DNA of 64,000 nucleotides, from positions 80,073 through 144,072 of the IMG/VR virus record IMGVR_UViG_3300032308_002078. One strand, written 5' to 3'. Source of the DNA: a virus (taxonomy: Duplodnaviria; Heunggongvirae; Uroviricota; Caudoviricetes). Positions 46,547 through 56,900 of the stretch are shown here, one piece after another (within the stretch, counting starts at the first letter, position 1; every line of letters starts with the position of its first letter). The translations under genes were made by a program, and so were the position numbers. A model generated the notes under the pieces. That model was not told the origin of the DNA. It saw only the letters and a list, made by a program, of their open reading frames with translations, and did no database searches.

Positions 46547-48310
46547 ATGTCAAACGTACAACAATTATTAGAAAGCGCTGCGGGTTCTTGGAAGAACTTG
46601 CAAAGCGACGCTGCTAAATTGTCTAGCAAATGGAATAAAACCGGTTTGTTAGAAGGTTTAGTTGAGGTTGACAAAAACAATATGTCAATCTTGTTAGAAA
46701 ACCAAGCCAAGCAATTGGTAACTGAAGCCAACCAAATCTCTTCTAACTCTTCTTTCACTTCAGGTGGACAGGGTGAAAACTGGGCTGGTATTGCTTTGCC
46801 TTTAGTTCGTAAAGTATTCGGAACTATCGTTGCTAAAGAATTCGTTTCAGTTCAACCAATGAACATGCCTTCAGGACTTGTGTTCTTCTTGGATTTCCAA
46901 TATGGTAACTCTAAGACTCCTTTCACAGCTGGTTCATCTTTGTATGGTAACCGTAACACTGCTTCTCAGTTCCCCTTCTCTACTCCTGCTCCTGTAGGTG
47001 GTTTGTATGGTGGTCCTGAAGGTCGTTTCACTTACGCTACTAACCAATTCTCTAGCTCTGCTATTCAAATGACTGCTTCTATTGCTAACTCTTTAACTAC
47101 AGTTGGTGCTGGAACTGGTTCTATTGTTTCTGCTTCATGGGCTGAATTACAATTTGATTCTGATTACTCAGCTTCAGTTGCCGCTGGTCAAGTTTACAAA
47201 TTTACTGTAACTGCTTCAGCTATGCCTTCATTTGACCAAGATGCAGTTCGTGGATTCGTATTGAGTTCAGGTTCAAACTTCTCAGCTACTACTTTGTTAC
47301 CTAACTTCACAAGTTACAACTACACTGCTAATACTATTAGTTTCTTCTACACTGCTTCTGCTAACTTCGCTACTACTCCTCAATCAGGTTCATTAGTAAC
47401 TGTATTCTATCAGAAGTCTACTTCTCAAGATGGTATCAACGTTACTTCAGGTAACAACCAAGCTTCTGCTATCGGTGGTAACCAATCAGGTCGTGGTGAT
47501 TTCGAAGCTTCAGGTTCATTCTCTGTACCTAACGCTGCTAACTCAGCTCAGATTGATATCCCTGAAATCAACGTTAGAATGCAATCACAGCCTATCACTG
47601 CTAAAACCAAGAAATTGAAGGCAGTATGGACTCCTGAATTTGCTCAAGATTTAGCTGCTTACCAGAACATCGACGCTGAAGCTGAATTGACTAACATTAT
47701 GAGTGAGTACATTTCAATGGAAATTGATTTGGAAATCTTGGATATGTTGATTGAAGATGCAGCTGCTGCTACTGAGTACTGGTCAGCTATTAACAACCAG
47801 TCAATCACTGCTGCTGGTGTTAGTGCTTCTAGCTTAGGATTCTACAACACTCAAGGTCAATGGTTCCAAACTTTGGGAACTAAGATCCAAAAGGTGTCTA
47901 ACAAAATCCACCAGTTGACTTTACGTGGAGGTGCTAACTTCTTAGTTACTTCTCCTACTATCGCAACTATTTTGGAATCAATTCCTGGTTTCGCTTCTAC
48001 TTCAAACGGTGAAGCTGATCAAATGGAATATGCTTTCGGTGTACAGAAAATCGGTTCAGTAAACGGTCGTTACAAAGTTTACAAGAACCCTTACATGACC
48101 GAAAACTTGATCCTTATGGGTTATAGAGGTTCTCAGTTCTTGGAAACAGGTGCTGTATTCTCTCCTTACATCCCATTGATCATGACTCCTTTGGTGTACG
48201 ATCCAGAAACCTTCACACCACGTAAAGGTCTTTTGACTCGCTACGCTAAGAAGATGTTGCGTCCTGAATTCTATGGTAAGATCTACATCAGTGGATTGAA
48301 CACCATCTAA
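46547..48310 (+). CDS. gp23: Major capsid protein (T4 gp23-like)
   Basis: LLENQ, VSVQPMNMPSGLVFFL, KTKKLKAVWTPEFAQDL, DAEAEL.NI...I..EID.EI and GLLTRY motifs. Confidence 0.95.
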   Translation: MSNVQQLLESAAGSWKNLQSDAAKLSSKWNKTGLLEGLVEVDKNNMSILLENQAKQLVTEANQISSNSSFTSGGQGENWAGIALPLVRKVFGTIVAKEFVSVQPMNMPSGLVFFLDFQYGNSKTPFTAGSSLYGNRNTASQFPFSTPAPVGGLYGGPEGRFTYATNQFSSSAIQMTASIANSLTTVGAGTGSIVSASWAELQFDSDYSASVAAGQVYKFTVTASAMPSFDQDAVRGFVLSSGSNFSATTLLPNFTSYNYTANTISFFYTASANFATTPQSGSLVTVFYQKSTSQDGINVTSGNNQASAIGGNQSGRGDFEASGSFSVPNAANSAQIDIPEINVRMQSQPITAKTKKLKAVWTPEFAQDLAAYQNIDAEAELTNIMSEYISMEIDLEILDMLIEDAAAATEYWSAINNQSITAAGVSASSLGFYNTQGQWFQTLGTKIQKVSNKIHQLTLRGGANFLVTSPTIATILESIPGFASTSNGEADQMEYAFGVQKIGSVNGRYKVYKNPYMTENLILMGYRGSQFLETGAVFSPYIPLIMTPLVYDPETFTPRKGLLTRYAKKMLRPEFYGKIYISGLNTI

Positions 48311-48334
48311 TTTAGAATAACATTAGATTAAAAG

Positions 48335-48362
48335 AAGCCCCGAGAAATCGGGGCTTTTTTTT
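48335..48362 (+). terminator. Rho-independent terminator after the major capsid gene
   Basis: AAGCCCCGA-GAAA-TCGGGGCTT followed by a T run. Confidence 0.9.
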
Positions 48363-48366
48363 ACTA

Positions 48367-48390
48367 GTATAGGCCTATACAATATGTATA
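48367..48390 (+). promoter_or_regulatory. 14-bp palindrome plus variant late box TATGTATA
   Basis: GTATAGGCCTATAC at 48367-48380, then AATATGTATA. Confidence 0.45.
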
Positions 48391-48415
48391 CTAAAACGTT
48401 ATAAATTAGTTACTT

Positions 48416-49330
48416 ATGAAAGAGACTCCAAGTCAGTTACCTATCCAAAGTTTTGTTATGAACTTTCCCTTTTCCTTATCAACAGCAGATCCAAATAATA
48501 TTTGGATGCAAGAATTAACAGATGAGGAACTAGCAATTAATAAACCTAAAGCTTACAAGCAATTTATGGACTTGTATAATTTTGTTGCTGGTGGTGCTTT
48601 AGTAAACTTATTACCTTCAGAAGGCAATTTTCAAGACCAAGTTTATGTGGCTAATTTAGGTATTTATTTACCTCATATTAAAAAAGAAAATCATATTATT
48701 TTATCTAATTTTACTTCAGACCCTCGTAGAGGTGAAGAATTAGTTGGAGAAAAATATTTTAACCAAATGGGTTATAAAACAGCCATTTCTCCTTTTAAAT
48801 GGGAAGGTGAAGCTGATTTAAAATACCTTTATGGAAACAAATATATTGGTGGTTATGGTATTCGTTCAAATATTAAAGCATATGAATGGATGGAAGAACA
48901 ATATAATATGGATATTATCAAAGTAGCTATGGTTGATGAGTATTTATATCATTTAGATTGTTCTATTTTTGCTTTAAATACTGAACAAACTTTAATTTGT
49001 ACTGAATTGTTTGATGAGGACGAATTAAAAATGATTGAAAAAGAAACAGAAATCATTGATATTAATGTTGATGATGCTTTAGGTGGAATAACTAACTCTG
49101 TTCGCTTAGGTAATATGGTTTTATGTGCTTCAAACATTTCAGAAATGAAAAAAACTCATGAATATTATGAGGCTGAAGTTCATAAACTTAAAACGTTAGA
49201 AAAGATTTGTGGTGATGCTGGTATGGAACCTGTTATCTTTAACTTATCAGAATATATGAAATCAGGTGCTATGTTGTCTTGTATGATGATGCATTTGAAT
49301 AGAGTTGACCATAATAAAACCTTATTATAA
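48416..49330 (+). CDS. Amidinotransferase / DDAH / deiminase (pentein) family enzyme
   Basis: FQDQVYVAN, RRGEE, WEGEAD, YHLDC and C-terminal GAMLSC catalytic-Cys motif. Confidence 0.8.
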   Translation: MKETPSQLPIQSFVMNFPFSLSTADPNNIWMQELTDEELAINKPKAYKQFMDLYNFVAGGALVNLLPSEGNFQDQVYVANLGIYLPHIKKENHIILSNFTSDPRRGEELVGEKYFNQMGYKTAISPFKWEGEADLKYLYGNKYIGGYGIRSNIKAYEWMEEQYNMDIIKVAMVDEYLYHLDCSIFALNTEQTLICTELFDEDELKMIEKETEIIDINVDDALGGITNSVRLGNMVLCASNISEMKKTHEYYEAEVHKLKTLEKICGDAGMEPVIFNLSEYMKSGAMLSCMMMHLNRVDHNKTLL

Positions 49331-50061
49331 TGGCACAAACATTACAAGAATGGTTAAGTACTGAGGTTAAACAACTTCAAAAAATGCCTGTGGGTGAATT
49401 ATCTAATGTATTTTTCTTTAGAGACCCAATTCGTCCTAATTATATTGACCATGAGCATTTTTATTCACCAGCTGATGGAACTATTTTATATCAAAAGTTT
49501 ATTAAGGATCCTACTGAACCTATAGTTGAAATTAAGGGTATGAATTATACTCTTCAAGATGTTATGGGCGATGATGAGTACAATAAACCTTCATTAGTTA
49601 TTGGTATATTTATGTCGTTTTATGACGTTCACATCAATCGCATACCCTATGGAGGCCTGTTATCATATAAACCACTAGACGCGATACAGTCAACTAATAA
49701 GCCCATGTTAGCTGTAGAAAAGGATATTTTAAATAAAAAAATTAACCCCGCAAACATGGAGTACTTAAAGTATAATGAACGTATGTGGAATAAAATTTAT
49801 TCACCATCTTTAGATTATACTTACTACCTAATTCAGATTGCAGATGAAGATGTAAACGTAATTGCTCCATTTACTATGGATCAAAATGATATGTTTGCTC
49901 AAAACGAAAGATTTTCTTTAATAAGATGGGGTTCACAAGTTGATTTGGTGTTGCCATTAGATGATAGATATGATTTCGAGTTATGTTTAGATGATGCTAT
50001 GCATGTTAATGCTGGCTTAGACCAACTTGTAAAAATTAATTTTAATGAATACACAACCTAA
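49330..50061 (+). CDS. Phosphatidylserine decarboxylase-like pyruvoyl-dependent proenzyme
   Basis: FFFRDPIR, FYSPADG, IFMSFYDVHINRIP and WGSQVDL (equivalent of the GS-S/T self-cleavage site). Confidence 0.75.
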   Translation: MAQTLQEWLSTEVKQLQKMPVGELSNVFFFRDPIRPNYIDHEHFYSPADGTILYQKFIKDPTEPIVEIKGMNYTLQDVMGDDEYNKPSLVIGIFMSFYDVHINRIPYGGLLSYKPLDAIQSTNKPMLAVEKDILNKKINPANMEYLKYNERMWNKIYSPSLDYTYYLIQIADEDVNVIAPFTMDQNDMFAQNERFSLIRWGSQVDLVLPLDDRYDFELCLDDAMHVNAGLDQLVKINFNEYTT

Positions 50062-50773
50062 TCATGAAGATGATATCTTCAAAGAAAAGCGTAAGCCAAA
50101 AAACCCAATTAAGTTTAAAATTCAATTAAACGAAGAACAAAAAGAAGCTAAAGCTAAGATTTTAGATAATACTATTACCTTATTAGCTGGTGCTGCTGGT
50201 AGTGGTAAAACTTTACTTGCTTGTCAAATTGGTTTAGAAAAATTATTTATGAGAGATGTTGAGAAAGTAATTATTACTCGACCAACTGTCTCTAAAGAAG
50301 AAATTGGATTCCTACCAGGTGACTTAAGAGAAAAAATGGATCCTTGGGTTCAACCAATTTATCAGAATATGTTCTTACTTTATGATAAAACTAAGATTGA
50401 AGAACTTATTAAAGAAGATAAAATTGAAATTGTACCTGTATCATTTATGCGTGGTAGAACATTTGTAAACTGTGTAGTAATTGTAGATGAAGCCCAAAAC
50501 GTTACCCATGAACAAATGGAAATGATTGTGACTCGTATTGGTAAAGGATCTAAAATGATTATTTGTGGTGATGATGCGCAAGTAGACTTAAAACAAAAGC
50601 GTGATTCTGGATTTAAATTCTTATATACCGCAGCTAAACGTATTAAAAATCTTTGTGCTATATCTTTAAAACAAAACCATAGAGATCCTATTGTAGAAGA
50701 TTTGATTAATTTATATAATGATGCTTATGAGCAAGGATTTAGTTTAACTACAAACGGAAATTCTAAAAAATAA
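50045..50773 (+). CDS. phoH: PhoH-family ATPase
   Basis: GAAGSGKT, ITRP, IGFLPGDLREKMDPW, FMRGRTF, DEAQN, TRIG and GDDAQVD motifs. Confidence 0.92.
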   Translation: MNTQPNHEDDIFKEKRKPKNPIKFKIQLNEEQKEAKAKILDNTITLLAGAAGSGKTLLACQIGLEKLFMRDVEKVIITRPTVSKEEIGFLPGDLREKMDPWVQPIYQNMFLLYDKTKIEELIKEDKIEIVPVSFMRGRTFVNCVVIVDEAQNVTHEQMEMIVTRIGKGSKMIICGDDAQVDLKQKRDSGFKFLYTAAKRIKNLCAISLKQNHRDPIVEDLINLYNDAYEQGFSLTTNGNSKK

Positions 50774-50812
50774 ATTAGAACCATACTTTTTCAATATTTA
50801 TACGAAAAAGGC

Positions 50813-51235
50813 ATGGCAACTTTTACTTCCCAAATATATGAAATCTTAACACTTAATGGAGACAACGTAGGTTCTTCTGTTACTCAAACTATTAATGGTA
50901 TTAATTATGTTGATAATAGAATCCTAAGTATACCCTCAGGAGCTGTAACTACTCTTTTTAACATGGAAGCTACTCCAGGTGCAGGTACATTTGTAACAAG
51001 TAGTATTAAATATGTTAGAGTAACTAACACCTCAGCACTTACTCCTGTTAAATTAATTGTATCTTCTTCAACAGAAGCTATGAGTTATTTAATAGCTACA
51101 GGTAGTTCGTATATGATGTCTACAAGTAAAATGACTGGAAGTACTAGTGGTTTATCTTTTAGTGATGTTAAATCAGTTAAAGTAGAACCATCTGGTAGTT
51201 CAGGAAGTATAGAGTATTACATAGCAACAACTTAA
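50813..51235 (+). CDS. Small beta-rich virion protein
   Basis: 140 aa, Ser/Thr-rich; preceded by TATTTATA at 50795. Confidence 0.5.
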   Translation: MATFTSQIYEILTLNGDNVGSSVTQTINGINYVDNRILSIPSGAVTTLFNMEATPGAGTFVTSSIKYVRVTNTSALTPVKLIVSSSTEAMSYLIATGSSYMMSTSKMTGSTSGLSFSDVKSVKVEPSGSSGSIEYYIATT

Positions 51236-51244
51236 TAAAAAATT

Positions 51245-52468
51245 ATGTCTAACATTCCTATTTGGCCTGGTTCATCCTCATTTGCTCAAGTTTCAGCATC
51301 ATATGCTAATGGTGTTTGGCCCCCTCCAACTCCATTTGGGTTTTATGATAATGATTCTCAATTTCAAACTGATGCTAACAAAGTAGCTAACTTTTGTGCT
51401 TTACGTTTAGGTTATCCTATTGAAAACGTTGAATTACAAGATATTAATTTTTGGGCTGGATTTGAAGAGGCAACTACTATTTACGGAAACGAACTATATG
51501 CTTTTCAAACCAGAGACAATTACTTGTCTTTAGAAGGAGTTTCAGATAGAATTGATGTAAATAATTCTGTGTTTACTCCTACAATGGCTACTATTGTTAG
51601 ATTGTCTCAACAATATGGTGAAGAAGCAGGAGCAGGCGGTAATGTAACTTGGTTTAAAGGTAGGTTAACTTTAACTCCTGGAATTCAATCTTATGATTTA
51701 GCTAAATGGGCTGAAGATGAAGGTATTGTAGGTGGAATTGAAATTAAAAATGTTTGGTATCAACCACCACCAGCAATTAACCAATTATATTCTCCTTCTT
51801 TATTAGCAGGACAAGGTGGCTTAGGCGGTGTTCCTCCAGCTGGTATCTATGGCATGGGATATGGTTATTCTAATTACTTAATGATGCCTACAAGTTTTAC
51901 TATGCAAAACATTCAAGCAATTGAGATGCAAAACACAGTAACACTTTCAAATTATTCATTCAATATTGTAAATAATATTATTTCTGTATTCCCTGTTCCT
52001 GGAACTGGTTTAACAGGAGAAGATTTTGATGGTGGTGATGATTTAGGATACGGTCAATATTTAGTATTTGATTTTATTAAAATACAAGATAGATTAAATG
52101 CTGTGACTGCTGATGGTACTAATAAAATTGTAAATACTTCAAATGTACCTTATGTTAACCCTATTTACTCTAACATAAACTCAATAGGTAGAAGTTGGAT
52201 TTTTGAATATACATTAGCTAAAGCAAAAGAAGTATTAGGATTAGTAAGAAATAAATATTCTCAAATTCCTATTCCAGGAGCTGAAGTAACTTTAAATGGT
52301 GATAATTTAGTAACTGCTTCTGCGACTGAAAAAGAAGCTTTAATAGCTCGATTAAGAGAATATTTTGATCAAACTTCTCGTCAAGCATTACTTGAAAGAA
52401 GAGCAGCAGAATCAACAGCTAGAGTACAAGAAATTAACCAAGTTCCAATGACAATTTTTATAGGATAA
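51245..52468 (+). CDS. Neck / head-completion protein (gp13-like)
   Basis: RLGYPIENVEL and WIFEYTLAKAKEVLG.VR.KY..IP..G..VTLNG motifs. Confidence 0.7.
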   Translation: MSNIPIWPGSSSFAQVSASYANGVWPPPTPFGFYDNDSQFQTDANKVANFCALRLGYPIENVELQDINFWAGFEEATTIYGNELYAFQTRDNYLSLEGVSDRIDVNNSVFTPTMATIVRLSQQYGEEAGAGGNVTWFKGRLTLTPGIQSYDLAKWAEDEGIVGGIEIKNVWYQPPPAINQLYSPSLLAGQGGLGGVPPAGIYGMGYGYSNYLMMPTSFTMQNIQAIEMQNTVTLSNYSFNIVNNIISVFPVPGTGLTGEDFDGGDDLGYGQYLVFDFIKIQDRLNAVTADGTNKIVNTSNVPYVNPIYSNINSIGRSWIFEYTLAKAKEVLGLVRNKYSQIPIPGAEVTLNGDNLVTASATEKEALIARLREYFDQTSRQALLERRAAESTARVQEINQVPMTIFIG

Positions 52469-52469
52469 T

Positions 52470-53054
52470 ATGGCTTTATACGGAGGTGCCCGAGATATAT
52501 CAATGTTTAGAAGAGTCAACCGAGAGTTGATGGGGAGTATTATATCTCAAGAAGTCATTTACTACAAATATAAAATAACACAAACTAAAACAAACATGTA
52601 TGGTGAAGCCTTTGAAGGTAGAAACTATGCTGACCCTGTTATGTTATTTGCTTTAATAGAAGTAGGTCCTCAAGAATCTCCAACAAGTGATTTAGGTGTT
52701 GATTTCACTTGGACTATGACTTTTAGATTTTTACGAGACGATTTGTTAAGTAAATTAAACGAAGCTAACCAAGGAGGATTTGGTACATATCAACAACCTT
52801 TTATTCAGTACGGAGCTAATATTCACCCTGAGGTAGGTGATATAATACAGTATCAAAACGGTTATTGGGAGGTAGATAACACTAATGCTACCCAATTCTT
52901 TACAGGTAAAGACCCTCAATATCCTTATAATGATGCTGAAGGAAATAATCCTTTAAATCCAGGATTAGATCAATTTGGTTATAATGTGGAAGTAAGATGT
53001 GATTGTCACTACGTGCCTTCAGATCGATTAGATATAATTAAATCAAGAATGTAA
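52470..53054 (+). CDS. Neck / head-closure protein (gp14-like)
   Basis: Position after the gp13-like gene; MYGEA and PEVGDIIQY...YWEVD motifs. Confidence 0.55.
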   Translation: MALYGGARDISMFRRVNRELMGSIISQEVIYYKYKITQTKTNMYGEAFEGRNYADPVMLFALIEVGPQESPTSDLGVDFTWTMTFRFLRDDLLSKLNEANQGGFGTYQQPFIQYGANIHPEVGDIIQYQNGYWEVDNTNATQFFTGKDPQYPYNDAEGNNPLNPGLDQFGYNVEVRCDCHYVPSDRLDIIKSRM

Positions 53055-53926
53055 TGTCTCAAGTTAGAAAACCTATACCAAAAACCCAAAAGCAGCTTTC
53101 AAAAGAGCAGCATATACCTACTTATCCTCAAGCAGGTAATCCTAATGATTTTAACCCAACCCCAACTAACAACAGAGCATTAAATACAACATTTAAAGGT
53201 GATACTACAAAACCGTTTAGTGTTGGTATTCAAGATATAGATGAAGCAATTTTTTATTATTTTGAAAATATAATTCAACCTTCTGTAATACAAAATGGAC
53301 AAAGATTACCTGTTCCTGTAGTTTATGGTTCTCAAGAAAAATGGAAATCATTTCAAAAGGATGGGTATTATAGGGACCAACTTGGTAAAATACAAGCTCC
53401 GTTGATTATGTTTAAACGTACTAATATAGACAAAAATAGACAGATAGCTAACAAGTTAGATGCTAATAACCCTAACAACTTTGGTGTGTTTACTAAACGT
53501 TATAGTCCACAAAATGCTTATGATAACTTTAAAGTATTAAATAACAGGATTCCACAAAAAGAATATTATGCTGTGATTATGCCTGATTATTTAACTGTTA
53601 CTTATGAGTGTGTTGTGTTTACTTACTATGTAGAACAATTAAATAAAATAGTAGAATCAATGGAGTATGCTTCTGATGCTTATTGGGGTAATCCTCAACG
53701 TTACCAATTTAAAGCAATGATTGATTCCTTTGGTTTTCAAACAGAATTATCTCAAGATGATGAACGTATTGTAAGAAGTACATTTAATATTAAAATAAAT
53801 GGATATATAATTCCAGAGGTATTACAAAAAGATATTACAGCTTTAAAGAAATTTTCTAATAAAACTCAAATATTTATTTCAACAGAAACCACTATACCAC
53901 CAACACAACCTCCATCTACTAATTAA
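53054..53926 (+). CDS. Tail terminator / completion protein (gp15-like)
   Basis: DIDEAI..YF, VPVVYGSQEKW, PLIMFKR and PDY.TV.YE motifs. Confidence 0.6.
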   Translation: MSQVRKPIPKTQKQLSKEQHIPTYPQAGNPNDFNPTPTNNRALNTTFKGDTTKPFSVGIQDIDEAIFYYFENIIQPSVIQNGQRLPVPVVYGSQEKWKSFQKDGYYRDQLGKIQAPLIMFKRTNIDKNRQIANKLDANNPNNFGVFTKRYSPQNAYDNFKVLNNRIPQKEYYAVIMPDYLTVTYECVVFTYYVEQLNKIVESMEYASDAYWGNPQRYQFKAMIDSFGFQTELSQDDERIVRSTFNIKINGYIIPEVLQKDITALKKFSNKTQIFISTETTIPPTQPPSTN

Positions 53927-53953
53927 TATTAAAATTAATTCTAAAGTTTTTAA

Positions 53954-53961
53954 TATTTATA
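53954..53961 (+). promoter_or_regulatory. Putative late promoter box TATTTATA
   Basis: Intergenic, before the fibre gene. Confidence 0.55.
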
Positions 53962-53974
53962 AGTAAATAAAGGA

Positions 53975-56900
53975 ATGGCTGAAAATAGATATAGAGGTAA
54001 TAATCGTTTAGATAACCCCAATCAAGGTAGAGGTTTTTTTGATCGGTCATTAGCTTTTAATAAATTTAATTTACCCATTGTCACTGAAGGATGGGAAGGT
54101 TATGTTTTAACTATTAATGATGATGGTGTTGTTTCTTTAGTTTTAAGTGGAAATGGTGGAAGTGGTACAACAGGTACATCAGGTACTTCTGGTACATCAG
54201 GTTCAAGTGGAACAAGTGGTTCTAGTGGTTTATCAGGTTCAAATGGTACCTCAGGTATAAATGGTTCTTCAGGTACATCAGGATCAACAGCTGGTACAAG
54301 TGGTACTTCAACCACATCTGGCTCTTCAGGAACAAGTGGTAGTTCAGGTTCAACAGGTTCATTTGGTACAAGTGGTATAGAAGGTACTTCAGGTACTAGT
54401 GGAGGTACAAGTGGTACTTCTGGTACAAGCGGTTCATCAGGTTCTTCAGGAACAGCTGGTTCCTCAGGTTCAAGTGGATCAAATGGTTCATCAGGTAATG
54501 GTGGTAACTCAGGCCAATCAAGTACTTCAGGTACTTCAGGCTCATCAGGTACAGCAGGTACCTCAGGATTAAGTCAAACTAGTGGTACAGTTGGTACCTC
54601 AGGTTCAGCTGGTTCTTCAGGAACAGCAGATACAAGTGGAACTTCAGGTTCTAGTGGTAGTTCAGGTTCAAATGGTAACGCAGGTAATTCAGGCCAATCA
54701 AGTACTTCAGGAACTTCTGGTTCTTCAGGTACTACAGGTACATCAGGATTAAGCCAAACTAGTGGAACAACAGGTACATCTGGTACCTCAGGTTTAAGTG
54801 GTTCTACTGGTTCTTCAGGTTCAAGTGGAGCAGATGGTACTTCAGGAACTAGTGGAACAAGTGGTAGTTCTGGATCTAGTGGATCTAATGGATCTAGTGG
54901 AGCAGACGGTTCAAGTGGTACTTCTGGTACATCAGGTACAAGTGGTTCTTCAGGGTCAAATGGTTCATCAGGTAACGCAGGAAACTCAGGTCAATCAAGT
55001 ACTTCAGGTACTAGTGGGTCAAGCGGTTCAACAGGTACTTCAGGTTTATCTCAATCATCTGGCTCTTCAGGTTCTAGTGGTTCTTCAGGTTCAATAGGAA
55101 CTAGTGGAGCTAGTAATACATCAGGCACAAATGGAACAAGTGGTTCAAGTGGATCTTCAGGCTCTACAGGTACATCAGGTGTAGATGGGGGTTCAGGTGC
55201 TTCTAGTACTTCAGGTACAAGTGGCTCTTCAGGTTCAGCAGGTTCAGCAGGTACTTTTGGTACTTCAGGTAATGCAGGTACTTCAGGTTTAAGTAATACA
55301 AGTGGTTCTAGTGGTTCAGCAGGATCCTTTGGTACAACAGGTGATGCTGGTACTTCAGGTTCTAGTAACACTTCAGGAACTAGTGGTTCAGGTGGTTCTA
55401 ACGGAACAACAGGAAACGCTGGTAATAGTGGACAAAGTTCTACATCAGGCACATCAGGCTCAAGTGGTAGTACTGGTACATCAGGACTATCTCAATCTTC
55501 TGGTTCAGCTGGTTCAAGTGGTTCTTCAGGTTCAACAGGAACATCAGGTTCAAGTGGTTCTTCAGGTTCTACAGGTTCATCAGGCTCAAGTGGGGCCGAT
55601 GGTTCTTCAGGATCTTCAGGCACTTCAGGTTCATCTGGTTCTACAGGTTCATATGGTACTTCAGGAGATGCAGGCACATCAGGTAACTCAAACACCTCAG
55701 GTACTTCAGGTTCAGGTGGTTCAAATGGAACAACAGGAAACGCAGGTAACTCAGGTCAATCAAGCACATCAGGTACAAGTGGTTCTTCAGGCTCAACAGG
55801 CACTTCAGGTTTAAGCCAAACTAGTGGTACTAATGGTACCTCTGGTACTTCAGGTTCAACTGGTTCAGTAGGCTCAAGCGGTGGAGATGGTACTTCAGGT
55901 TCATCAGGCACTTCAGGATCTAGTGGATCAACAGGTTCAGCAGGTTCTTCAGGCGATAGTCAAACATCTGGTTCATCTGGAAGCTCAGGCTCTTCAGGTT
56001 CAGCAGGTACAACCGGTACATCAGGACTAGCAGGTGCTAGTGGTTTATCTAATACAAGTGGAACTTCTGGTTCAGGAGGTTCTAATGGTAGTTCAGGAGC
56101 AGCAGGTTCTGCAGGTACATCAGGTACAGCAGGTACATCTGGTTCTTCAGGTACTTCAGGTTCTAGTGGTTCTACAGGTTCTTCAGGATCTAGTGGTGCA
56201 GATGGCACTTCTGGTTCTGCTGGAACAAGTGGTTCAAGTGGATCTACAGGTACTTTTGGTACTTCAGGTGATGCTGGTACTGCGGGTAACTCAAATACTT
56301 CAGGTACTTCAGGATCAAGTGGTTCAAATGGAACAACAGGAAATGCAGGTAACAGTGGACAAAGTTCCACTTCAGGTACTTCAGGCAGCTCAGGTTCAAC
56401 AGGTACAAGTGGTTTAAGCCAAACTAGTGGTACAAATGGATCAAGTGGTTCTTCAGGTTTATCCGGTACAGCAGGTACCGCAGGATCTTCAGGTACAGCT
56501 GGCTCAACAGGTACAAATGGTTCGTCAGGTAATGCTGGAACTTCTGGATCTTCAAATACTTCAGGTTCTAGTGGTAGTTCAGGTACATCAGGTATAGCAG
56601 GTGCAGCAGGTTTTTCTGCTCAAAGTGCAACTTCAGGAACAAGTGGCTCAAGTGGTTCTAATGGAACAACAGGAGCTGCGGGTACATCAGGTTCAAGTCA
56701 AACAAGTGGTTCAGCAGGTAGTTCAGGTTCACAAGGTAGTACTGGTGCCGCAGGTACATCAGGATTAAGTCAAACAAGTGGTTCTAGTGGATCAAGTGGT
56801 TCACAAGGTAGCACAGGAGCAGCAGGTACATCTGGAGCTTCTAATACAAGTGGTTCATCTGGTTCTGCAGGTTCATTTGGTACAACAGGAGACGCAGGTA

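Noticed and set aside
6960-49137. Short alternative-frame and antisense ORFs in the track (6960, 13886, 18288, 18843, 21420, 21716, 25240, 26113, 26126, 29173, 31845, 33241, 37157, 41710, 44286, 44706, 45583, 46276, 47430, 48949)
   Set aside because: They lie fully or mostly inside well-supported plus-strand genes, have no motifs, and oppose the uniform gene orientation.
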